Both the position numbers and the translations under genes were made by a program. From positions 1-11,893 of the forward strand of contig JAFGFZ010000351.1 of the NCBI GenBank assembly GCA_016930815.1: a DNA stretch of 11,893 nucleotides, given 5' to 3'. The notes under the pieces are model-generated. The model searched no databases and was not told where the DNA came from. It was given only the letters and a program-made list of their open reading frames with translations. Source of the DNA: Pirellulales bacterium. GTDB lineage: Bacteria > Planctomycetota > Planctomycetia > Pirellulales > Lacipirellulaceae. Positions 1 to 7,034 of the stretch are shown here, piece by piece. How positions within the stretch are numbered: position 1 is the first letter of the stretch; each line of letters opens with the position of its first letter.

Positions 1-500
1 ACGCGGTGCTCGATGGGAACGGGAACCCAACAGGGTATTACGCACACCAATTTACTCAGGCGGAAAGCGACCTGCTGGTGGCTGCGTTGAAGAGTGACGA
101 TCACAAAGTGACCATCGGCTTGCAGTATAACAGCAGCCATGATGACAAATTTGCACTGAAGTCCAAGGACGCAGACGTTAGCGGGGTAGGACCGGTCCCT
201 CCCATCTTAAGGCTTGACGTCGTTCTCAATAGTCTGGCTGCCGATTTCGATGGCGACGACGACGTCGATGGAAATGACTTCCTCATCTGGCAGTCCGGCT
301 TCGGCGTCGACGACACCGGCGATGCAGATACGGACAGCGACACCGACGGCGACGATCTTCTGATTTGGAAGACCGAGTTCGGATCCGCCGACGGCGCATT
401 TTCGGTCGTGCCGGAGCCAACGGCCGGCCTATTGGCCATACTGCTGTTTGGCTTGTCTGCGTGGTATTCTCGGAAGTATCCCGCGAGGTCACAATATTGA
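1..500 (+). CDS. C-terminal part (5'-truncated by window edge) of a secreted PEP-CTERM-anchored protein with two dockerin-like Ca-binding repeats
   Basis: Open frame from base 3/6 to TGA at 498-500. Two dockerin-type repeats (DFDGDDDVDGNDFLIWQSGFG and DTDSDTDGDDLLIWKTEFG). C-terminus VPEPTAGLLAILLFGLSAWYSRKY is a PEP motif plus hydrophobic helix plus basic tail, the classic PEP-CTERM exosortase sorting signal. Confidence 0.8.
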   Translation, partial: AVLDGNGNPTGYYAHQFTQAESDLLVAALKSDDHKVTIGLQYNSSHDDKFALKSKDADVSGVGPVPPILRLDVVLNSLAADFDGDDDVDGNDFLIWQSGFGVDDTGDADTDSDTDGDDLLIWKTEFGSADGAFSVVPEPTAGLLAILLFGLSAWYSRKYPARSQY

Positions 501-855
501 GCTGGCTCATAAATTCTTATGCGTATCCAGTTCTAACGTTGCACTAATAATCCAAGACTCTCGGCCGGATCAGATCATTAGTATATCAGTGATCGAATAG
601 AATTCAAATGCATTCGGCTTGATTCGCAAGAATCAGTACCGTCGGTCGCGCGAACAGAAGTAGAAGATCCTATCCCAAAACTGGCTCCCCTGGCCCCGCT
701 TGAGGTCGTGCAGCTTTTAACGTGTTCTTAGTATTTGAATTCTCGATATCATCTCCCCGCTTGGAGGGGGTGATCCAAGATTCTTGCGCCGTCGGCCAAC
801 TATAAATAATGGCGTCTGCGAATAGCGTAGCAAACGGCCGAATTGGGGTGTTTTA

Positions 856-884
856 TTGACATTTGTCAGTGGGTTCCGCATAAT
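856..884 (+). promoter_or_regulatory. Candidate sigma70-type promoter for the NfeD-flotillin operon (TTGACA-17 nt-CATAAT)
   Basis: Perfect -35 hexamer TTGACA at 856-861, 17-nt spacer, -10 CATAAT at 879-884. Lies about 65 nt upstream of the ATG at 949 in a low-GC intergenic region. Confidence 0.4.
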
Positions 885-898
885 AAATGGACTCGTTG

Positions 899-920
899 GT
901 TCCTCATTCGTTCCTCATTT
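899..920 (+). repeat. Tandem 11-bp direct repeat (GTTCCTCATTC / GTTCCTCATTT) in the 5' UTR of the NfeD-like gene
   Basis: Read directly from sequence. Each copy contains CCTC, complementary to the GAGG of the downstream SD AGGAGG (936-941). Confidence 0.6.
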
Positions 921-948
921 GCAGGGGATAGGAAAAGGAGGACAGAGT

Positions 949-1650
949 ATGACTCCCGTCTTTATTGTCTGCGCCGCCGTCGGCGGCACCATTCTGGTTT
1001 GTCAGTTCGTGATGACGTTTATCGGGCTCAGCGGCCATGCCTTTACCGACGCCGACATGCCCACGGACATCGGCCACGGTCTAGGAGGAGACTTCCATGT
1101 TGGAGGAGATTTCCACGGCGGCGCCGATGGCCTGTACAGTAATGGCGGTTTCCATACAGACCACGCCGGTGTTGATTCGTCCGACAGCAATCTGGCGGCC
1201 GGCGACTCGGCGAATGGGGAACAGACTATCCATCACGGCTCCAGCTGGCTGTTCGGGGTGCTCTCGTTCCGCACGATCACAGCGGCGTTGACCTTCTTCG
1301 GGCTGGCCGGTTTGATGGCACAATCGTCCGACGTTTCGCCTCCCATGGTTCTTCTAGTGGCGGTTGCGGCGGGGGGGGCGGCCATGTACGCGGTCTATTG
1401 GATTATGCAGGGGCTGTACAAGTTGCAGACTGAGGGAAATGTGCGGATCCAAAGATCCATCGGTCAGCGCGGCGATGTGTATCTCCGCGTTCCTGCCAAC
1501 CACTCCGGCAGCGGGAAAATTCAGTTTAACCTCCAAAACCGCACTATGGAGTACCTAGCCGTCACTTCCGGCCCTGAACTCCCCACCGGTACTAAAGTAG
1601 TGGTAGTTGGCGTAGTCAGTCCGACAACGCTCGAAGTCCAAGCCGAATAA
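949..1650 (+). CDS. NfeD-like (YuaF-type) membrane protein partner of flotillin, with a His/Gly-rich loop insertion
   Basis: ATG at 949 preceded by AGGAGG (936-941, 7-nt spacing). The ORF-track start at 856 is a TTG inside the promoter. Three hydrophobic helices plus a C-terminal beta-rich OB-fold-like domain (GDVYLRVPANHSGSGKIQF...VVVVGVV...LEV), typical of short NfeD proteins. Sits immediately upstream of a flotillin gene, as in the B. subtilis yuaF-floT operon. Confidence 0.8.
   Translation: MTPVFIVCAAVGGTILVCQFVMTFIGLSGHAFTDADMPTDIGHGLGGDFHVGGDFHGGADGLYSNGGFHTDHAGVDSSDSNLAAGDSANGEQTIHHGSSWLFGVLSFRTITAALTFFGLAGLMAQSSDVSPPMVLLVAVAAGGAAMYAVYWIMQGLYKLQTEGNVRIQRSIGQRGDVYLRVPANHSGSGKIQFNLQNRTMEYLAVTSGPELPTGTKVVVVGVVSPTTLEVQAE
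1084..1118 (+). repeat. In-frame tandem duplication (about 18 bp x2) encoding GGDFHV/GGDFHG inside the NfeD-like CDS
   Basis: ggaggagacttccatgtt followed by ggaggagatttccacggc. Lies within a His/Gly/Asp-rich loop (7 His in about 65 aa). Confidence 0.6.
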
Positions 1651-1711
1651 TCAATTTACATCCAACGAAATCCCATACTGTGTCAGCTTTAGACCTGAAG
1701 AAGAAACTATC

Positions 1712-3364
1712 ATGATCACTCCATTTCAGTCTTTGTCACATCCATCGCTAGCCCTGTATGCGGCGGGTAATCCGCTCAGCGGCGGCCTACTCTACTGGGC
1801 AATTGGAGGCGTGCTGCTGGCGATGCTCGGGTTTACTGTTCTGATGTTGGTGGTGAAGAATTACCAGCGCTGCCCCAGCAACCGCATCTTGGTGATCTAT
1901 GGCAAAGCGGGGGGCGGACACGACGCGGCTCGCTGCATCCACGGCGGCGCCATGTTTGTTTGGCCACTCTTTCAGGATTACGCTTGGCTGAGCCTCGAAC
2001 CGATGCAGATCGAAATTCCGCTGCGCGGTGCGCTGAGCATGGAGAATATTCGTGTGAACGTGCCGAGCGTGTTTACGGTCGCCATCGGCACCACGCCGGA
2101 GTTGATGCAGAATGCTGCCATCCGCTTGCTCGGTCTGGGCAACAAGGAGATTCAAAAACAGGCCGAGGACATGATCTTCGGACAACTCCGCCAAGTGATC
2201 GCGTCGATGCAGATCGAGGATATCAACCGCGACCGCGATAAGTTCCTCGAAGCCGTGCAGAAGTCGCTCGAACCCGAGTTGTGCAAGATCGGCCTGGTGC
2301 TGATCAACGTCAACATCACGGACATCACGGATGAATCGGGCTACATCGAGGCGATCGGCCAAAAAGCGGCATCGCAGGCAGTGCAGAAAGCCCGTGGCGA
2401 TGTGGCCGACAACGAAAAGATGGGCGAAATCCGCGTGGCCGAGGCCGAGCGCGAGAAGACCATCCAGGTGGCCAACGCCCATAAAGTTCGTGAGATCGGC
2501 ACTCGCGAGGCGATGCGGGAACAGGCGGTCCGTGTGGCCGAATTGGACAAGGAGCAGAAGATCGGCGAGCAGACGGCCGCGTACCAGCGAGATGCCGAAG
2601 TAAAGGCTGCCGAACGCGACATGCGTATCAAGCTGGCGCAGGCCGACGCACAGGCGGTCGAGGGCGAAAACCTCTCGAAGGCCGACATCGCCGCATCACA
2701 GGCCGGGTTGCAGGTGAAGAAGGCCGAAGCCTATGAGTTGGGCGAGACGCGTAAGGTTCGTGCTGAGGCGGCGGTGTTGGAAGCTGAGCACCTTGCCCGG
2801 GCGAAGGCTGCTGTGGCTGAGGCCCAGCGGATCGAAGCCGAGCGGCGTGCCGAACTAGAAGCCCCGGCCAAGGCCGAGCGCGCCCGCATCGAAGTCGATG
2901 CCGCCGCCGAGGCTTCCAAGCGTCGCATCGAGGCCGAGGGGGAAGCTTCGGCCATTTTTGCCAAGCTCGAAGCGGAAGCCCGCGGCCAATACGAGATCTT
3001 AGCCAAGAAGGGCGAGGGTTTGCACAGGATCATCGAGGCCTGCGGCGGCTCGGAACAGGCGTTCAAAATGCTCATGCTCGAACACTTCGACAATCTTGTC
3101 GAGGCTTCGGCCAAGGCGATCTCGAACATCAAATTCGACAAGATTGTTGTTTGGGAGGGAAATAGTGCAGATGGCAAGAGCGCCACGTCAAACTGGCTGC
3201 ATAACATGGCCCGCACGCTGCCTCCGATGATGCAAGTGATGCGCGATATCGGCGGCGTTCAATTCCCGGAACAATTCGTCAACCTCGACGGAGCTGATAG
3301 CAAGAAGTCGGAAACGAAGGCGTCGGTCGACAGTAATCTCGATCCACAGGAATCGAATCTGTAA
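1712..3364 (+). CDS. Flotillin-like SPFH/band-7 protein (FloT-like), 550 aa
   Basis: N-terminal membrane hairpin LLYWAIGGVLLAMLGFTVLMLVV, an SPFH domain, then a very long Ala/Glu-rich coiled coil (flotillin EA repeats), then a C-terminal globular and acidic tail. Starts 61 bp downstream of the NfeD-like gene. ATG at 1712. Confidence 0.9.
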   Translation: MITPFQSLSHPSLALYAAGNPLSGGLLYWAIGGVLLAMLGFTVLMLVVKNYQRCPSNRILVIYGKAGGGHDAARCIHGGAMFVWPLFQDYAWLSLEPMQIEIPLRGALSMENIRVNVPSVFTVAIGTTPELMQNAAIRLLGLGNKEIQKQAEDMIFGQLRQVIASMQIEDINRDRDKFLEAVQKSLEPELCKIGLVLINVNITDITDESGYIEAIGQKAASQAVQKARGDVADNEKMGEIRVAEAEREKTIQVANAHKVREIGTREAMREQAVRVAELDKEQKIGEQTAAYQRDAEVKAAERDMRIKLAQADAQAVEGENLSKADIAASQAGLQVKKAEAYELGETRKVRAEAAVLEAEHLARAKAAVAEAQRIEAERRAELEAPAKAERARIEVDAAAEASKRRIEAEGEASAIFAKLEAEARGQYEILAKKGEGLHRIIEACGGSEQAFKMLMLEHFDNLVEASAKAISNIKFDKIVVWEGNSADGKSATSNWLHNMARTLPPMMQVMRDIGGVQFPEQFVNLDGADSKKSETKASVDSNLDPQESNL

Positions 3365-3396
3365 CAGCGACTCGCTCGTTGCTACGTCCATACGTT

Positions 3397-3428
3397 GGGG
3401 CGGCAGTTATCTGCCGCCCCTTTTCTCT
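3397..3428 (+). terminator. Rho-independent terminator of the NfeD-flotillin operon
   Basis: GGGGCGGCAG - TTAT - CTGCCGCCCC perfect 10-bp GC-rich stem (3397-3420) followed by TTTTCTCT. Lies 33 bp after the flotillin stop. Confidence 0.85.
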
Positions 3429-3466
3429 ACGGATTTCGGTTGTTCTGGCGTTGGAAGCCGATATCC

Positions 3467-3655
3467 CGGAAGCCGGGAAGACCGAAGATCGAACTGGAAG
3501 TCCGTGCTCTGATTCGATGCATGTCCAGAGAGAATCCGACAATAGCAGGAACAGCCCAGCAAATTGTCAACGCCTTTCCTTATGAGGAAGCTCCCCGCTA
3601 TCTGATGCATGACCGGGACAGCAAGCAGGTCGTCTACTTAACGCTCGCCTGGTAA
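3467..3655 (+). pseudogene. Internally deleted and 3'-truncated DDE (rve integrase-core family) transposase remnant
   Basis: The translation RKPGRPKIELEVRALIRCMSRENPT matches the N-terminal HTH block of rve-type transposases (GRPR..VRELI.RLARENP.WGYRRI). It jumps directly to IAGTAQQIVNAFPYEEAPRYLMHDRDSK, matching the distal (P)TGAWTAQQARNL...RFLIRDRDSKF block. About 100 aa including the first catalytic Asp are missing, and the frame ends shortly after RDRDSK. The first 24 codons of the listed ORF (3395-3466) are just the translated terminator hairpin. Confidence 0.5.
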
Positions 3656-3820
3656 CAATTGAAATTTAAAAAACCCAAAGAAGAACGCCACTGGCCGGAA
3701 GTTGGCCAAGAAACTAGATTTAGATCTCGCGATCCACCCCTGCGGACGACTACGAGAGCACGCCGACCGAGAGGACTGTGATCTATAGTTCTGACCCATT
3801 TTCTATTCAGCGAGTCGCGC

Positions 3821-3864
3821 AAAAGAAAACCCGCATGGTACAACCTGTTACGGCACCATGCGGG
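3821..3864 (-). terminator. Rho-independent terminator of tRNA-Phe (minus strand)
   Basis: On the minus strand, 13 nt after the tRNA 3' end: CCCGCATGGT-(15-nt loop)-ACCATGCGGG followed by TTTTCTTTT. On the plus strand this is aaaagaaaa at 3821-3829 then cccgcatggt...accatgcggg at 3830-3864. Confidence 0.6.
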
Positions 3865-3877
3865 GTGAATTCATCAG

Positions 3878-3950
3878 TGGACAGGGGCGGGATCGAACCG
3901 CCGACACCAGGATTTTCAGTCCTGTGCTCTACCAACTGAGCTACCTGTCC
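3878..3950 (-). tRNA. tRNA-Phe (anticodon GAA), 73 nt, CCA not encoded
   Basis: Reverse complement reads GGACAGGTAGCTCAGTTGGTAGAGCACAGGACTGAAAATCCTGGTGTCGGCGGTTCGATCCCGCCCCTGTCCA. It has a 7-bp acceptor stem, D stem GCTC/GAGC, anticodon stem CAGGA/TCCTG with loop CTGAAAA (anticodon GAA), a 5-nt variable loop, a T arm GGCGG-TTCGATC-CCGCC, and discriminator A. Confidence 0.93.
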
Positions 3951-4115
3951 ATCGATCCAATCTTTTCAAGGGCCTACTGGGGCAGGCCGCGGGTGGCCAA
4001 ATGAGGAATGGGATTGGGGTTTCATATAATAATACTAGGATAACCACTGGCTTGCGACTAGTAAACCGTAAGCCGCGTCGAATCTAACTGGAACCGGCGG
4101 AAAGGCTTGCGCAGC

Positions 4116-4144
4116 TTGACAGTCCCCCGTCGGCAGGATAGCAT
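4116..4144 (+). promoter_or_regulatory. Candidate sigma70-type promoter for the QW-repeat protein operon (TTGACA-17 nt-TAGCAT)
   Basis: Perfect -35 TTGACA at 4116-4121, 17-nt spacer, -10 TAGCAT at 4139-4144. This gives a roughly 100-nt leader containing a hairpin CGGACC-GGAT-GGTCCG (4163-4178) before the ATG at 4248. Confidence 0.3.
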
Positions 4145-4247
4145 CGCATCCGGACGATCGATCGGACCGGATGGTCCGGAGGGGGTGGTCGTCCAGTTTG
4201 AGGGGACCCGATTGGGCATCTGGCCTATTTAGAACGGAGCAGAAACG

Positions 4248-5936
4248 ATGGCAATCTCTCGCCGGCTGCGAAATTTCGGCCTGGCGACGCGGTCGCGTCG
4301 TCGGTGGGCTGATTTTGTGCCGTCGATGGCTCCGATCCTAGCTGCCGGTTTGTTCCTGGTCCCCTTGGCGCCAATCGGACAGGCCGTGACCCGAGACAGC
4401 CCCAAGGTCCGGGAGCTAGTCGAATCGGGCGTTGCTTTTTTGGAAAAGAATACGGACGATCGTCTCGGCGGGAAATGTCTGATCGCCTTGGCCATGATCA
4501 AATCGAGCCGGAACGATGCCGAACGCCAGTCTCGCCTGAACCATCGCCGCGTCCGTGAGGCAATCGCTGCCTGCCGTGAAGCAACCAGATACACCCCGCC
4601 CGTCACGGATAAGCAGTACGATGTCTACAGTAATGGCCTGGCCATCATCTTTTTGTGCGAACTCGATCCGGGCCAGTACCGCCGTGAAATCGACGTCTTT
4701 TTCCGAGCTCTCTACGGCCGGCAAAAGGCACATGGGGGCTGGGGGTACGACACCCTTATCACGGGCGATACATCGCAAACCCAATACGGTCTCTTGAGTT
4801 GCTGGGAGGCGCACCGCGCTGGCATCCCGGTCAATGGGGATGCCGTCATCCGATCCCTGAATTGGCTCCTGCAAACACAAGATCCCAATGGCGCCTGGGG
4901 CTACCAGGGTCAAATTGCCGAGGGGGAACAGCTCCGCCGGCAAGAAAATATTTCGGTATCGATGCTGGCCGCCGGATTGGGTGGAGCCTTGATGTGCAGC
5001 CATATGTTGGGCATTCAGGATCTCCGGGTCGCCAAGGATGGCGAGGAATCGACTCTGGATTTACCACCCGCATTCGTTGCGGTAGGGGATCGGCGGGAGG
5101 CCCCGCCGGTCGCCAATCCCAATCAAGTTGATCGCGAACGCCTGAAGGAGGCGATCTTCAAGGCCAATCAATGGATGGAACGCAACTATGCGATTCGTAT
5201 ATCCCAATATAATTGTTACTATCTCTATTCCATCGAGCGATATCGCAGCTTCCAGGAACAGTTACTTGGCGAATTCGAAGAGGAACCCAAATGGTACAAC
5301 GATGGCTATGAGTACCTGAAGGAGACCCAGAGTGAGAATGGTTCCTGGTCCGCCAATTGTGGGCAGGCAGTCGACACGGCATTTTCCGTGCTCTTTTTAG
5401 TCCGGTCGATGCAGATGAGCCTCCAAGGAGGCATTGGTGGAGGGACCCTAATCAGCGGGCGCGGTCTGCCACAAAACGTTTCCGATGTGAAGCTGCAACG
5501 TGGCCGATTGATGGTCGATGATACCCGGAAGAAGATCAACGAACTCCTAAAGGTTTTGGACGATCCGTCGCACCCGGATTATGAGCGTCTCATGAGTGAT
5601 CCGAAATCGATCACTGTCGATACGGGAGAGGTCCGCCCGGAGGATGTCGCCCGGCTGCGCCAGATGATCCGCGGAGGAGAACCGGAGGTCCGATGGATCG
5701 CCGTTCAGTCGCTGGCACGGCGCCGGAATCTCGACGACGTCCCGACACTTCTCTACGCCATGACCGATCCGGACCGCCGTGTGGTACTTGCCGCGCGCGA
5801 TGGGCTCCGGTTTATTAGTCGCCGTTTCGATGGATTTAGTCTGCCGGATGACTACACGGACCGCACCCGATTCGATGTCATTGAGAAATGGAAAGGCTGG
5901 TACCGGTCCATTCGCCCCAACGCGATCTTGGATTGA
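4248..5936 (+). CDS. Secreted prenyltransferase/squalene-cyclase-repeat (QW-motif, alpha/alpha-toroid) protein with C-terminal HEAT-like repeats, 562 aa
   Basis: ATG with GGAG 8 nt upstream. Arg-rich n-region plus hydrophobic core MAPILAAGLFLVPLAPIGQA, a signal peptide with some Tat-like character. Three Q-x-x-x-G-x-W motifs (GRQKAHGGWGY, QTQDPNGAWGY, ETQSENGSWS) diagnostic of terpene-cyclase/prenyltransferase beta-subunit repeats. C-terminal EPEVRWIAVQSLARR...DPDRRVVLAARDGL resembles PBS-lyase-type HEAT repeats. Confidence 0.8.
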   Translation: MAISRRLRNFGLATRSRRRWADFVPSMAPILAAGLFLVPLAPIGQAVTRDSPKVRELVESGVAFLEKNTDDRLGGKCLIALAMIKSSRNDAERQSRLNHRRVREAIAACREATRYTPPVTDKQYDVYSNGLAIIFLCELDPGQYRREIDVFFRALYGRQKAHGGWGYDTLITGDTSQTQYGLLSCWEAHRAGIPVNGDAVIRSLNWLLQTQDPNGAWGYQGQIAEGEQLRRQENISVSMLAAGLGGALMCSHMLGIQDLRVAKDGEESTLDLPPAFVAVGDRREAPPVANPNQVDRERLKEAIFKANQWMERNYAIRISQYNCYYLYSIERYRSFQEQLLGEFEEEPKWYNDGYEYLKETQSENGSWSANCGQAVDTAFSVLFLVRSMQMSLQGGIGGGTLISGRGLPQNVSDVKLQRGRLMVDDTRKKINELLKVLDDPSHPDYERLMSDPKSITVDTGEVRPEDVARLRQMIRGGEPEVRWIAVQSLARRRNLDDVPTLLYAMTDPDRRVVLAARDGLRFISRRFDGFSLPDDYTDRTRFDVIEKWKGWYRSIRPNAILD

Positions 5937-5978
5937 TGTCATTAGCAACACGATTGGATTGGACTGATTCGCAACAAC

Positions 5979-6923
5979 TTGATTCACTCAAAGAGCGTCG
6001 ACGTGTCTAGAATTCGTGGAACAACAACCCAGATGGCTCCATCCCACGGGCCATCAAGACCATCTGCCGTGGTGTACCGGTTGCAGGTTTCATCGTATGA
6101 CCGCACATCGAGCCTCCTAATCGCGCTTTTGGTCATGGTGGGTCTCTTGGTTGCCGGCCTGATCATCGTCTATATCACCAGGCAGTTGATTGACCTGAGT
6201 GTCACCCAGTCGGTCACCTTGACGGACGTGGCAAGTCGTCCAGGGGACGCGGCCATGGGGCTCAAACGGGATATCGAACCGCCCGGCCGGGAAGATGCGC
6301 CGGAACTGACGGAACCGGATTTGCCGGAAACTCTGATGGCACTCACCTCCGCCACGACGACCAGGCAGGCAATCCTCGACGATGTTTCCATTGAATCGGA
6401 TGTCGAAGCGGGGCGTGGCAAGGGCCTGGGAGACAGCCGCCGGGCCGGTACGGGTGGCGAGGGTGCGGACGAACGCGTCGCCCGTGAAGACCGCTGGAGA
6501 ATCCGCTACGATAATGTTCCCAGCCAGTCGGTCTATGCACGCCAGCTCGATTTCTTTGGCATTGAACTGGCGACCTGGGGCCAGGACAACCAGGTCCATT
6601 ATGCCTATAATCTATCCAAACGCCCCCCCGACACTCGCACTGGCGATCCGGCCGATGAAAAGCGTATCCGAATGGCTTGGGTCGACGGCGCGCTCAAACA
6701 GGCCGACCTGAAAATCGCTCAGGCCGCGGGAATTGCTCAGTATGGTCGCTATATTCTGCAATTCATGCCCCCCGAAGTCGAATCGCTTCTTTTGAAACTC
6801 GAACTCGAATATGCCAAAGGCCGGAACGTGAATGATATCAATATGACCGTATTTATTATCAAGGAAGTCGGCAACGGATATGCATTCGAGGTCGTGGAAC
6901 AAAAGTACCGCTACGGGCGTTGA
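5979..6923 (+). CDS. Single-pass inner-membrane protein of unknown function: short cytoplasmic N-terminus, one TM helix, acidic Pro/Glu-rich linker, about 130-aa C-terminal periplasmic domain. Start uncertain (TTG 5979 or ATG 6033).
   Basis: 314-codon ORF only 42 bp downstream of the previous gene with no intervening terminator, so probably co-transcribed. TM segment SLLIALLVMVGLLVAGLIIVYI. Linker DIEPPGREDAPELTEPDLPE. C-terminal region is predicted globular, with no recognisable named domain. Confidence 0.7.
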   Translation: MIHSKSVDVSRIRGTTTQMAPSHGPSRPSAVVYRLQVSSYDRTSSLLIALLVMVGLLVAGLIIVYITRQLIDLSVTQSVTLTDVASRPGDAAMGLKRDIEPPGREDAPELTEPDLPETLMALTSATTTRQAILDDVSIESDVEAGRGKGLGDSRRAGTGGEGADERVAREDRWRIRYDNVPSQSVYARQLDFFGIELATWGQDNQVHYAYNLSKRPPDTRTGDPADEKRIRMAWVDGALKQADLKIAQAAGIAQYGRYILQFMPPEVESLLLKLELEYAKGRNVNDINMTVFIIKEVGNGYAFEVVEQKYRYGR

Positions 6924-7013
6924 CGAGGCAATGGTTCCATCTCACCTTCCCCCATCATTTTGTTTGAGCCATCCATCGAAAGAACTTACTCACATCCACA
7001 CACCGTGGTTCAT

Positions 7014-7032
7014 GTCCCGGACCGGGACTTTT
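7014..7032 (+). terminator. Possible weak intrinsic terminator/attenuator between the 314-aa membrane-protein gene and exbB
   Basis: GTCCCGG-A-CCGGGAC palindrome (7014-7028) immediately followed by TTTT (7029-7032). The stem is short, so strength is uncertain. Confidence 0.35.
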
Positions 7033-7034
7033 AA

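Noticed and set aside
621-790. 10-bp inverted repeat CGCAAGAATC (625-634) / GATTCTTGCG (779-788), considered as terminal inverted repeats of a MITE/IS
   Set aside because: Only 10 bp, no flanking target-site duplication and no internal ORF. The low-GC 501-948 region is better explained as a promoter-containing intergenic spacer.
843-1142. Arg-rich 99-aa + ORF and the 856 TTG start listed for the NfeD-like ORF
   Set aside because: Position 856 coincides with the -35 TTGACA. The ATG at 949 has a perfect SD at 7-nt spacing. The 843 ORF is an out-of-frame overlap with Arg-rich junk composition.
1787-3216. Minus-strand ORFs 1787-2482 (231 aa), 2341-2688 and 2731-3216 (161 aa)
   Set aside because: All lie antisense within the flotillin CDS, which has a clear SPFH plus coiled-coil architecture. 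They have Arg/Ala/Ser-biased composition, so are treated as shadow ORFs.
3380-3480. Search for a direct-repeat copy of the tRNA-Phe 3' end (attL/attR) to delimit a genomic island
   Set aside because: Only a 7-nt match (GGGGCGG, part of the flotillin terminator stem) was found, so no intact attachment-site repeat can be claimed.
3634-3843. 69-aa minus-strand ORF between the transposase remnant and the tRNA
   Set aside because: No RBS, overlaps the tRNA-Phe terminator hairpin, and shows no domain-like sequence. Considered intergenic noise.
4229-5003. Minus-strand ORFs 4229-4606 (125 aa) and 4416-5003 (195 aa)
   Set aside because: Antisense to the 562-aa QW-repeat protein gene, whose three QW motifs and signal peptide support the + strand.
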